From Pseudomonadota bacterium (GTDB lineage Bacteria; UBA10199; 2-02-FULL-44-16; JBDRGF01): 64,000 nucleotides of DNA. The notes beneath the pieces are model-generated. The model searched no databases and had not been told where the DNA came from. It saw only the letters and a list, made by a program, of their open reading frames with translations. Position numbers and translations under genes: made by a program. Numbering within the stretch: the stretch's first letter is position 1; every line of letters begins with the position of its first letter. Location: assembly GCA_043818055.1 (NCBI GenBank), contig JBDRGF010000141.1:22119-86118 (forward strand), read 5' to 3'. This document shows, piece after piece, positions 9,147-17,857 of the stretch.

Positions 9147-10506
9147 CGATGATCCTCTGAGCCTCTTTTATTAAAATATCCGGTTCGTTCATCTCAGGAT
9201 TGTCCAGCACCACTTCTACTAGTTTATTCATAATTTGTCCAATAATTGGTCCCTCTTGGATATTTAGTTTCATAAGATCATGGCCATTTATTTTTAAATC
9301 CTTAGCACCAAACGGCGGTTTTTTAGCCAACTCCTCTCGTATTCGTGATCTCAGCTTCTCCACACCCCGCGTGCTCATCGGGTGCTTTCCCCCTCTGTTA
9401 TCGGCAAGTCTAAAGTCGAGCAGGAGAAAGATGTTCTCCTGTCCGACCTTCGAGACGAATCTGCGAATAGCCCGATCGGTGAAGTGTGACTTAGTTTCAA
9501 ACATGTGATTTTCAATGATTGAACAGACGAGCTGTATATCAACATTACACGTGGTTGCTTTGAGGCGCTGTAAAATTCGTTTTGCAAGCCTTGCAGATAC
9601 TATCTGATGGCCAAAGAATACGATCGCTTTAGCTTGTTCATCGTATCGCTTGGTCTTTTTCTTGCCAATGTCGTGCAAGAGTGCTGCAAAGAGGAGGTTT
9701 AAGTTTCCCCTGTTTTCAACCATATCGTCGTTTGCCGCTGCATCTAGTACGCGCATCGTATGGTCATAGACATCCTCTCCCGGCTGTTTATCCTGTTCAA
9801 TATCTTTGAGGGCAGCGACTTCGGGGAAGATAATCTGCAAAAGTCCCGTCTCATACATCGCGTCGATGCCGATGGATGGTTTTTTTGCTCTAAAAAGTTT
9901 TGTAAGCTCAGCTATGATCCTCTCGGAAGAGACGGAATTAATCAACTCTGCATGACTCCTGATCGAATCGAATGTTGCCTCATCAATTTTAAAGTTGAGG
10001 CGCGAAGCGAATTGTATGGCTCTGAGCATACGAAGAGGGTCATCTTCAAATGCCTTGGGAAAGACTTGCCTGATAAGTCTTTTCTCGATATCGGATTTGC
10101 CGTTGAATGGATCGATCAGTAATTCATTTTCCAAATCATAAGCCATAGCGTTTACTGTGAAATCCCTTCTTCCGAGATCATCTTCCACCTTAAGGGTATG
10201 ATCGAAGTCGACTTTGAAATCCTTGTGCCCGACGCCAGTTGAGAATTCCTTGCGGGGGAGGGCGATATCAATCTCCTTATCCGTTTCCTGATGAGGATAG
10301 AACTTGACGACGCCAAACGATTTTCCGACGAGCATGACCTTTCCAAATGGCTTGAGTGTCGATATCAGCGAATCGATAGGGAGGTTGCGAATGAGGTAAT
10401 CGAGATCCTTTCGCTCTCTGCCCATCAATCGGTCCCTGATAGTGCCTCCGACCTCGTAAATTTGAGCGCCATTGGCTATGAGTGCTTTTTGATACGGTTT
10501 CATCAT
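9130..10506 (-). CDS. cca: CCA-adding enzyme / poly(A) polymerase family nucleotidyltransferase with HD domain
   Basis: GGTIRDRLMG...DLDY nucleotidyltransferase head, RRDFTVNAM, and HD motif LLHDIGK. Start chosen at MMKPYQ (10506) to avoid a 32-nt overlap. 10548 remains possible. Confidence 0.82.
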   Translation of the reverse strand: MMKPYQKALIANGAQIYEVGGTIRDRLMGRERKDLDYLIRNLPIDSLISTLKPFGKVMLVGKSFGVVKFYPHQETDKEIDIALPRKEFSTGVGHKDFKVDFDHTLKVEDDLGRRDFTVNAMAYDLENELLIDPFNGKSDIEKRLIRQVFPKAFEDDPLRMLRAIQFASRLNFKIDEATFDSIRSHAELINSVSSERIIAELTKLFRAKKPSIGIDAMYETGLLQIIFPEVAALKDIEQDKQPGEDVYDHTMRVLDAAANDDMVENRGNLNLLFAALLHDIGKKKTKRYDEQAKAIVFFGHQIVSARLAKRILQRLKATTCNVDIQLVCSIIENHMFETKSHFTDRAIRRFVSKVGQENIFLLLDFRLADNRGGKHPMSTRGVEKLRSRIREELAKKPPFGAKDLKINGHDLMKLNIQEGPIIGQIMNKLVEVVLDNPEMNEPDILIKEAQRIIDEEKG

Positions 10507-10516
10507 TAAGAGTATG

Positions 10517-11491
10517 TTAGAGGGAGAGCAGCTGTTGTATGTTGGCATTCAGTCTGGCCTTCATGAGCCAGCTGTTAAGAAATGATGGTCCTTCTTTGGG
10601 TTCGCTTTTCTTCGCCGTGACATCTTTTAGCCTGACCAGATAAATTTTCCCAGCCAGTTCAAACGGTTTTTCAGCGACAGGGTTTTCTTTCGTCAAAGTG
10701 AATATCTCGACGTATTCGTCGAATCCCCCTCTGCCATAAAGGAGTTTGTTTCTCTGTGATATTCCCGCAACCTCGGTTTCTTTCAGTTCAAGGCCATATT
10801 TTTTTGCGACTTTATTCCACTCATTCTCCCCTTTGGTGTTCAGGATACTGTGTGCGATGTTTTTTGCCTCTATTTCATCTGTGATCTTCTTCTCGTCGAG
10901 GAGTCTCTTCGGGTCGATCTCAATTTCCACAAAGGTCCAGGAATTGACCATATCCTCAGGATTATTCAAAAGGGTAGGCTCGGTAAAGAGCTTACTCACT
11001 GTCTGAAGCTTCATGTCATCCCTTCGCAAACTCTCTAAATTAAGGCCATATCGCATCCTGAAATATTCAAGATTTTCCAGATATAATTTCATATTTTCAG
11101 GGTTTTTTGTTCCAATCTCTCCATTTATTATGCTCTCAGTCAGTTCCAGATCGGAAATCTTTATTCCCAGCTGGTTTGCCAGGTTGAGCCTGACTTGACG
11201 ATTGATGAGGGCGTTCAACACGCTCTGCTTGATGTACGGTTCAAACTGCTCGCGGCTTTGTTGATCCTTCATCTCCTTAGAAAACATCTGCCATTGCTGG
11301 CCAAACATGAGCTTGAACAGCCCGATGCTGACATTAGACCCATCCACGCTCACTAAGGTAGCCTGATTGTCATTTTGGGGCGCTCTGCTTATCCTCGACC
11401 AGCCATAGAAGAATACGAACACGAGGACGATGGCACCAAGCATAAACTTGATAAGCCAAGACTTTGAATGTTTTCTCATTATATCTAACAT
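10517..11491 (-). CDS. PpiD/SurA-N-like periplasmic chaperone (membrane anchored)
   Basis: MLDIMRKHSKSWLIKFMLGAIVLVFVFFYGW is the typical PpiD-type anchor and N-terminal domain. No clear parvulin signature seen. Start is ambiguous (11491 or 11479). The longer track ORF runs into a repeat. Confidence 0.55.
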   Translation of the reverse strand: MLDIMRKHSKSWLIKFMLGAIVLVFVFFYGWSRISRAPQNDNQATLVSVDGSNVSIGLFKLMFGQQWQMFSKEMKDQQSREQFEPYIKQSVLNALINRQVRLNLANQLGIKISDLELTESIINGEIGTKNPENMKLYLENLEYFRMRYGLNLESLRRDDMKLQTVSKLFTEPTLLNNPEDMVNSWTFVEIEIDPKRLLDEKKITDEIEAKNIAHSILNTKGENEWNKVAKKYGLELKETEVAGISQRNKLLYGRGGFDEYVEIFTLTKENPVAEKPFELAGKIYLVRLKDVTAKKSEPKEGPSFLNSWLMKARLNANIQQLLSL

Positions 11492-11542
11492 GTCGCGCAA
11501 CTTATAGAAACTTATGGGAGAAATCAACAGGAAAAGCAAAAA

Positions 11543-11640
11543 ACGCATGTAGCATGAAATTCGTGAAGCGTGAAACGTTGGTCGAAAGACTAAAATAATT
11601 TCCTTGCGCTTCACGCTTCATGCAATCATGCCACATGCGC
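11543..11640. repeat. Long imperfect palindrome of the GCGCATGTRGCATG / CGTGAAG family
   Basis: Left arm is ACGCATGTAGCATGAAATTCGTGAAGCGTGAAACG. Right arm is GCGCTTCACGCTTCATGCAATCATGCCACATGCGC. The right arm encodes the last codons and stop of rsmE. Confidence 0.8.
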
Positions 11641-12373
11641 CTTTATTAAGATTTCCCAACTTATATTGACACAACGTAATCGCAGCGATTGCAGCTGTCT
11701 CGACCCTTAGGATCTGTGGGCCTAAGCTTACAGATATCGCGCCCTGAGAGCGAGCCATTTTAACTTCGTCTTGTGCGAATCCTCCCTCGGGTCCGATAAT
11801 TATGAGAGGTTTTGCGGTATCCTTTGTGAATGCGCGATCGAGTGTGTTTTCGGTCTCTCCCTCCCAGAAGATGAATTTTGAGTGATAGCTTCCCAGTTGC
11901 TCGCAGAGGTGATGGAATTCGATCGGGGGATATACGACCGGTTTCAAGGGGAGGCCGGATTGTATGGCTGCAGAGAGTGCGATTGAGTTCCAGCGTTCTA
12001 GCTTTTTAGATGTTGCGCTCTGAGAAAACTTTGGGACAGTTCTTTCGCTCTTAAATGTGACAATCTTAGGCGTACCTAATTCCACTGCCTTTTGTATTAT
12101 CAGCTCTAATTTGTCATGTTTTGTAATAGCGATAGCCAGCGTTGGAAGATTTGATGTGTCGATCGTTGGGCGCTCATCTTCGATCGTTACAGTTAGCTCT
12201 TTTCGCCTTACATCCATTATTCGTGAATTATAAGAGCGACCCTTTCCATCCGAGAGGGCGATCCAGTCGCCTGTTTTCAGACGGAGCACGTTGATGATAT
12301 GGTGTGCCTCTGGCCCTTTGAGAATGATCTCGGTTCCTTCTGAAATATTCTCTCCTATAAAGAATTGTGGCAT
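11618..12373 (-). CDS. rsmE: 16S rRNA (uracil1498-N3)-methyltransferase RsmE
   Basis: MPQFFI...HHIINVLRLKTGD PUA-like N-terminus. C-terminal SPOUT region IIIGPEGGF...LGPQILRVETAAIAA. Confidence 0.88.
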   Translation of the reverse strand: MPQFFIGENISEGTEIILKGPEAHHIINVLRLKTGDWIALSDGKGRSYNSRIMDVRRKELTVTIEDERPTIDTSNLPTLAIAITKHDKLELIIQKAVELGTPKIVTFKSERTVPKFSQSATSKKLERWNSIALSAAIQSGLPLKPVVYPPIEFHHLCEQLGSYHSKFIFWEGETENTLDRAFTKDTAKPLIIIGPEGGFAQDEVKMARSQGAISVSLGPQILRVETAAIAAITLCQYKLGNLNKGACGMIA

Positions 12374-12391
12374 ATATTTATCCTTTCACAA

Positions 12392-12439
12392 CTCACCCCC
12401 ATCCGGCCGCTGGCCACCTTCCCCCGTAAAGGGGGAAGG
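12392..12439 (-). repeat. GGGGGAAGG double-hairpin REP-like element (short form, inverted)
   Basis: CTCACCCCCATCC GGCCGCTGGCC A CCTTCCCCC-GTAAA-GGGGGAAGG. This is the reverse complement of the 5235 and 8032 copies. Confidence 0.8.
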
Positions 12440-12527
12440 GCATAGATGTAGAGATTTTTTTAATGCAATTTTGTTGGGAGTTTATATACTGCGCAGAATA
12501 AATCAAGGAATCAGAATCGGGGGGATT

Positions 12528-13163
12528 ATGGAAAACAGGTGGGAGGGTAAACAGGGAAGCTGGCCGAATCGATTTTATGCCACGTTAAAAAATTCTCTAC
12601 TTCATCCAACGGCGTTTTTTTCAGAGATCGCAAAAGGGGATAACTTTGCGAGCCCGATCCTATATGCTCTTGTGAATTCAGCTATACTTATTTTCGTCTC
12701 TGCGCTCTTCAGCTACGCCGTCAAATTTCACCTCTTGCCGACTGTGGGAATGAAGCTGACCAGCCCAAGCGTTGCCTCAGGTTTTTTTGCAGGCCCCGGG
12801 GCACTTGCTATCGCTATTTTTATCATCCCGTTTGTGGTAGTTGGTTATTTTATAACCGCCGCGCTCTTTCACATGGGTTTATACATAGTGGGAGGGGTAA
12901 AACAGTCATTTATCGCCACATTTCGGGTTGTCTGCTATTCAACGGGAGCCCAGCTCTTTGCTATAATCCCGTTCTTAGGAGGGATCGTCGCAGGTATCTG
13001 GATGCTTGTGCTTCATATGATCGGTTTGAAGATCGTCCATGAAACTGATTTTCTGCGCGCTGCCTTTGCTGTTCTTCTTCCTGTCCTACTATGCTGCGGC
13101 ATACTGATCTTCCTCTTCACAGGCATCCTTGCCGGTGGACTTTTAGCGGCGTTGATTGGGTGA
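12528..13163 (+). CDS. Yip1/DUF1282-like multi-pass membrane protein
   Basis: ATG at 12528 (MENRWEG...). Soluble N-terminus followed by 5 hydrophobic spans. The track ORF start at 12291 translates the REP element (PSPVKGEG) and overlaps rsmE. Confidence 0.5.
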   Translation: MENRWEGKQGSWPNRFYATLKNSLLHPTAFFSEIAKGDNFASPILYALVNSAILIFVSALFSYAVKFHLLPTVGMKLTSPSVASGFFAGPGALAIAIFIIPFVVVGYFITAALFHMGLYIVGGVKQSFIATFRVVCYSTGAQLFAIIPFLGGIVAGIWMLVLHMIGLKIVHETDFLRAAFAVLLPVLLCCGILIFLFTGILAGGLLAALIG

Positions 13164-13176
13164 GGGAAAACTAAAA

Positions 13177-13225
13177 GCGCATGTAGAATAATGTAGTATG
13201 TGGTACACGCTTGGTGTGAATTTCA
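13177..13225. repeat. Solo arm of the GCGCATGTAG family
   Basis: GCGCATGTAGAATAATGTAGTATGTGGTACACGCTTGGTGTGAATTTCA lies directly after the Yip1-like gene. Confidence 0.5.
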
Positions 13226-13330
13226 TTTTTCATTTAGATTATCAGTCTTTCTCCTTTTTTTAAATGGACATTATAACGGTTTACTCTAAGATACCCGATG
13301 TCATGTCACTTAAAGTAAAACGTGCCAATA

Positions 13331-13359
13331 TTGACATTTTACTCTAAGTTAGTTATATT
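13331..13359 (+). promoter_or_regulatory. Sigma70-type promoter of the DUF234 ATPase gene
   Basis: TTGACA (13331-13336), 17-nt spacer, TATATT (13354-13359). SD AGAGGAGG and ATG 13393 lie downstream. Confidence 0.6.
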
Positions 13360-13378
13360 GTTCCATCTTAGAGTAAAA
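13337..13378 (+). promoter_or_regulatory. Perfect 12-bp inverted repeat operator TTTTACTCTAAG-N18-CTTAGAGTAAAA
   Basis: Half-site 1 fills the promoter spacer. Half-site 2 covers the start of the 5' UTR. A third direct copy TTTACTCTAAG lies at 13280-13290. Confidence 0.6.
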
Positions 13379-13392
13379 AGAGAGGAGGTGTT

Positions 13393-14790
13393 ATGTTTGT
13401 TGGGAGGGAGAGGGAATTAGAGCTGCTAAATCAATGTTACAAAGAGAAAAAAGCACATTTTTCTGTAATTTATGGGAGAAGAAGGATAGGTAAAACCGCA
13501 TTAATAGAGAAATATTGTGAAGGTAGGAGGTCATTCAATTATACAGCCCTTAAAACTACCAAATCAAAACAGATAAAAAACTTTCTTTTGGATTTCTCTA
13601 ATTTCGTAAAGGATCCTTTAATTGCATCAGCGCCGTTCAACTCCTGGCGTGAAGTCTTCGATTTAATCCTGAAGTATCTGCCTAAAGGGAAAACAATAAT
13701 TGTTTTAGATGAATTTCAATGGATGTGTAAATCCGATTTGTCTCTTCTTTCTGTTATACAATTTATTTGGGATAAACATTGGCAAAAGGATAGTAATATA
13801 CATCTCATACTATGCGGTTCATCTACAAGTTTCATGCTTGATGAGGTTTTATCTCATAAGAGCCCTCTGTTTGGTCGGAGAACCCAAACAATAGAGTTGG
13901 GTCCGCTTACTCCGATAGAAGCCAAGAAGATGCTTAATGTAAAAAGTAATTATGAAGCTACTGAATATTTAATGTGTGTTGGAGCTATTCCTGGCTATCT
14001 TCTTCTGATAGATAATAATTTTTCCTTTGAACAGAATATTAACCGTTTGGCTTTTTGTAAAAACAGCTATTTTATAGATGAACTCAAATATATTTTGTCG
14101 GATCAATTAAAGCAGCCTACCACTTATTACAAAATCCTACGCTATCTATGCTTAAAGCCTCATTCACATAAAGAATTATCGGAGCTTACTAATATATCGT
14201 CCGGTTCAATGAGTTATTATCTCGATCGTTTAAAAGCACTTCGTATAATAGAAGAATATAGGCCAATATTACTTTCTGATACAGCAAAAACCATTCAATA
14301 TAAAATAACGGATGAATATGTCAGGTTCTATTTTAATTTTATTAAACCTAATTTACAAGTTATAGCCAAAAATAAGGATAAATATATTTTCGATAGAATT
14401 GTGTCAAAAAAATGGGACGCCTTTTGTGGTATAGCTTTTGAAAGGTTTTGCTTTAGAAATATAGAAAGCATTATCGATAAACTGAAGATTGAATCCTTAT
14501 ATACTGGATATGGACCGTATTGGCATAAAAAGAGTGTTCGACACGGTTTTGGAGTGCAAATTGACATGGTTATCGAAAGAAGGGACAAAATGAGCATGAT
14601 AGTTGAGTGTAAGTGGTCACAAGAAAAGATTGGATATAATATATTCACCGAGCTTGATAATAAATGCTCAAAATATCCAAATACTAAGAAACATAAATTG
14701 AGAAAAGTTGCTATTTCATCCTGTGGCGTGACAAATAATTTAATCGATCATCCAGAATTAGATGTAATTACTCTCGATGATTTTTATTAG
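13393..14790 (+). CDS. AAA-type ATPase with wHTH and DUF234-like C-terminal domain
   Basis: FVGRERELELL...IYGRRRIGKTAL Walker A and VLDEFQW Walker B. Central wHTH-like YYKILRYLCLKPHSHKELSELTNISSGSMSYYLDRLKALRIIEE. C-terminal IDMVIE...VECKWS. Low-GC gene. Confidence 0.8.
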   Translation: MFVGRERELELLNQCYKEKKAHFSVIYGRRRIGKTALIEKYCEGRRSFNYTALKTTKSKQIKNFLLDFSNFVKDPLIASAPFNSWREVFDLILKYLPKGKTIIVLDEFQWMCKSDLSLLSVIQFIWDKHWQKDSNIHLILCGSSTSFMLDEVLSHKSPLFGRRTQTIELGPLTPIEAKKMLNVKSNYEATEYLMCVGAIPGYLLLIDNNFSFEQNINRLAFCKNSYFIDELKYILSDQLKQPTTYYKILRYLCLKPHSHKELSELTNISSGSMSYYLDRLKALRIIEEYRPILLSDTAKTIQYKITDEYVRFYFNFIKPNLQVIAKNKDKYIFDRIVSKKWDAFCGIAFERFCFRNIESIIDKLKIESLYTGYGPYWHKKSVRHGFGVQIDMVIERRDKMSMIVECKWSQEKIGYNIFTELDNKCSKYPNTKKHKLRKVAISSCGVTNNLIDHPELDVITLDDFY

Positions 14791-14816
14791 AGATCAATTC
14801 ATGATGCGATTTTGAT

Positions 14817-15581
14817 TCATTTCACTTCAGAAAACCCTTTTAGACGGAGTTCTGCGAGGATTTCGTTTGAATCTTTAGTTAGTCCTAGAAGCGCGTCCTT
14901 GAGTTTATCGGCGTATTTCCAGTTTTGATTCAACAAAAACAACTGAGCAGTGGGAATAGGTTTTGACAGGGTGATCCTTTTGATGTTTTCGCTCCATTTT
15001 GGTTTTAACATCTCGATCGAGTGAACCTCGAATGGTGTGAGGATTGCCGCGCCTTTGGTTTCTCCTGATGCGATCTGTCTTAGTATGCTGAGCATCTTGT
15101 CGGTTGTGATCACTTTCGCTGTGGCTGGAATCTTTATCTCGGGAAAGAGGGTGGCGTTGATAAATTTTCTCTCCAACGGCTCGCTGGTGTAAATCGTGTT
15201 GAGATCTAGTTTTTGGGATCCATAAAGGGCGTAGTTCTCAATGGCCTTTCCGTGTGGCAGCGGGTTGGTCGAAAGAAGTGGTTTTGCCTGTGGCAGCTGA
15301 CTTTTAAATTTCTCCCATGTTGGATAGCTTATGATCGCAACAGGTGGCCGTTTCTTTTTGATGAACGCAATCCCTTCGCTCTCGGTGTTGATATACATCC
15401 CCTCGAGCTTCAATCCCTTGACCGATTCGTTTATCCCCTCGCAGAAAATTTCCAATACAGACTTTGCATCCTCCGTTGAACCAGCACCGCCAGGATACCA
15501 GAATAAAAAGGTATCCGCCTTTGCGATATTCCATGACAGCATGATTATGATAAACGCTATGGCTTTAAAAAATCTGTTCAT
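14817..15581 (-). CDS. Secreted protein of unknown function (signal peptide)
   Basis: N-terminal MNRFFKAIAFIIIMLSWNIAKA signal peptide. A periplasmic binding-protein-like fold is possible but not established. Confidence 0.45.
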   Translation of the reverse strand: MNRFFKAIAFIIIMLSWNIAKADTFLFWYPGGAGSTEDAKSVLEIFCEGINESVKGLKLEGMYINTESEGIAFIKKKRPPVAIISYPTWEKFKSQLPQAKPLLSTNPLPHGKAIENYALYGSQKLDLNTIYTSEPLERKFINATLFPEIKIPATAKVITTDKMLSILRQIASGETKGAAILTPFEVHSIEMLKPKWSENIKRITLSKPIPTAQLFLLNQNWKYADKLKDALLGLTKDSNEILAELRLKGFSEVK

Positions 15582-15598
15582 GAACTCTCTCTTTCATT

Positions 15599-16783
15599 TT
15601 AATCTATTTTCCTGAGTGCATCGGACGGGATATGATTAAACTTTCCGATCATCTCTTTTATTACATCTCCTCCAGTGCGAAAGCCCAGAGCTACAATAGC
15701 TGGTATCAGCAGGAAGGCCAGAAATACAGAGTAGATGATCTGGTGTTTCAATCTGACCGGTCTTGCATTTGCAAGCCATGAGAAGAATTCAGAGACGCTC
15801 TTTGCAGCGAGGATGCAAAGAGGTGGTAGTATCTGGATGAGATGATAGCTCTCTGTAGTGTAAGCGATAAGAACGACGAGGAGGCTAAAACAAAACCAGT
15901 TGATAAGAAAAATCTGCAACAGGTTCTCGCCTGAAAATCTCAAACACTCTCTTATTCCAAAGTACCATATGAAGATTGTAGCGGGAATGAACCATGCCAT
16001 TTCATGCAGAGCGTTTATCACGCGATTGCTAATTAGAAACACCTGTTGATCGAAAATGGTATTGAGAATCAGATGATCCAAATTTCCCCATAGATCGAGG
16101 GCAAAAACCGCTACGAGGCATAGGAGAAAGAGGAGCGCCAAACCGAGTAAAAAATGTATAGTGCATTTCAAGCCGGTTATGAAATGAGAGATCCCCTTAA
16201 CAAGTGGCGTGATGAACAGAGATAATATCGCGATGCTGACTAGATAGATGATGGTATGATATTCAAAGAGGCATGCAATGCCAAATAAAAAGCCGCTCAG
16301 CCAGAGCGATCTTAGTTTAGTATTATGGGCCCATCCTATAAGATAATAAAAGCTCAAAGAGAGTGGCAAAATCATGAGTAGAGTGGAGGATGTAGCTATA
16401 AAATCCGACTTGTACGATGTAGAGAAGAGGGTGAAGAGAACCGCCGCGATGATTCCGACCCTTTCTCCATAGACCCTTTTTGCTATTCCAAAGCAGATGA
16501 GACTCGTCAGTGTTGTCCATAATATGAGAATGCCGTGCAACGCGATCATGTTGTCATGTCCAAATATCTTGAATATGAGAACAAAGAAGAATGAGAGGCC
16601 GATGGGGGTTGAAGCGATGGAGTTGATTGCTGAGAGGCCATTTTCAATAATTCCATTTGCCAAAAGCGAAAGATGAGCCTCCTCAATGTTGATTATAGGT
16701 GTCCAAAGTGTGGAGAACCTTAAGAGTAGATTCAAAAATAATATTCCTATCGCGAGTTTGAAAAATTTGCTATTCCATTTCAT
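15599..16783 (-). CDS. Polytopic membrane protein, GT-C (ArnT/PMT_2-like) glycosyltransferase candidate
   Basis: About 11 hydrophobic spans with an acidic first-loop motif NIEEAH. Divergent from a GtrB/ArnC-type GT2 gene. Confidence 0.45.
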   Translation of the reverse strand: MKWNSKFFKLAIGILFLNLLLRFSTLWTPIINIEEAHLSLLANGIIENGLSAINSIASTPIGLSFFFVLIFKIFGHDNMIALHGILILWTTLTSLICFGIAKRVYGERVGIIAAVLFTLFSTSYKSDFIATSSTLLMILPLSLSFYYLIGWAHNTKLRSLWLSGFLFGIACLFEYHTIIYLVSIAILSLFITPLVKGISHFITGLKCTIHFLLGLALLFLLCLVAVFALDLWGNLDHLILNTIFDQQVFLISNRVINALHEMAWFIPATIFIWYFGIRECLRFSGENLLQIFLINWFCFSLLVVLIAYTTESYHLIQILPPLCILAAKSVSEFFSWLANARPVRLKHQIIYSVFLAFLLIPAIVALGFRTGGDVIKEMIGKFNHIPSDALRKID

Positions 16784-16881
16784 AGACCATAAGGATCGTG
16801 AAAATTCTTCAGGAAGTCAAGCGTATGAATCGACCTCTTAAACTTTGACACTCCATTATCACTGTGATAATCGATTTCGAT

Positions 16882-17853
16882 ATGAAAAACAGGGATAAGG
16901 ATATTTCAATAGTCGTTCCTTTCTACAACGAAGAGGAGAGTCTTAGGCGTTTGTATGACGAACTCAAGGCCTCTTTGTCTCGCACAAAATACAGCTATGA
17001 GATCATCTTCGTCGACGATGGGAGTGCTGACAAAAGTTTTTCTATAATACAGGGTTTGGCCAAAGCGGACCCGAATGTCAAGGCGGTCAAGTTTATGCGC
17101 AACTTCGGTCAGACAGCAGCGATGTCTGCTGGATTTCACCATGCAAACGGCAGGGTCTATGTTGCAATTGATGCCGATAATCAAAACGACCCAGCTGACA
17201 TCCCGGGCCTCATGGCAAAACTTGAGGAGGGTTTCGACGTCGTCTCCGGATGGAGGAAGAATCGCAAGGATAAGTTTATCACAAGGCGACTTCCCTCGAT
17301 ATTGGCGAACCGGCTTCTTTCCAAGGTGACGGGTGTAAAGCTCAATGACTATGGCTGTTCGCTCAAGGTGTACCGGGCCGAGTATATCGATTCTATCTCT
17401 CTTTACGGAGAGATGCATCGCTTCATACCGGCATATGCGCATATGGCAGGGGCAAAGGTTGCGGAAATACCTGTCAATCACAGGGCGAGAACCAAAGGGA
17501 GTTCAAAATACGGACTCTCCCGGATATTCAAGGTTGTCATCGATCTAATCACCGTCAAATTTCTACAGAGTCTCTCAACCAAGCCCGGCTATCTCTTCGG
17601 GGGATTGGGATTCACTCTCTGTGGTTTCGGTGTGTTGTCCGGGATGGAGGTCATACTGGAAAAAATGATCGCCGGCACAAGGGCTCATAATAATCCATTC
17701 TTGCTATTGGCTGTGTTCTTGTTTTTTCTCGGTGTCCAGCTCGTGCTGATGGGTCTTCTTGCCGAACTTCAGGTCCGAACATATCATGAATCGCAGAACA
17801 AACCTACTTATCTTGTGAAGGAAACTTTGAATATCGCTCATACTTCGAAGTGA
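16882..17853 (+). CDS. Family 2 glycosyltransferase, polyprenyl-phosphate sugar synthase type (GtrB/ArnC/DPM1-like)
   Basis: ISIVVPFYNEEESL, FVDDGSADKS, AIDADNQNDP (DxD), and two C-terminal TM helices. ATG at 16882. Confidence 0.85.
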   Translation: MKNRDKDISIVVPFYNEEESLRRLYDELKASLSRTKYSYEIIFVDDGSADKSFSIIQGLAKADPNVKAVKFMRNFGQTAAMSAGFHHANGRVYVAIDADNQNDPADIPGLMAKLEEGFDVVSGWRKNRKDKFITRRLPSILANRLLSKVTGVKLNDYGCSLKVYRAEYIDSISLYGEMHRFIPAYAHMAGAKVAEIPVNHRARTKGSSKYGLSRIFKVVIDLITVKFLQSLSTKPGYLFGGLGFTLCGFGVLSGMEVILEKMIAGTRAHNNPFLLLAVFLFFLGVQLVLMGLLAELQVRTYHESQNKPTYLVKETLNIAHTSK

Positions 17854-17857
17854 TTCA

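Noticed and set aside
12291-12527. N-terminal 79-codon extension of the Yip1-like ORF.
   Set aside because: It overlaps the rsmE start and translates the REP element (SPPSGRWPPSPVKGEGH). ATG 12528 is the sensible start.
16906-17481. 191-aa minus-strand ORF.
   Set aside because: It is antisense to the GT2 glycosyltransferase, which has clear DxD and Rossmann motifs.
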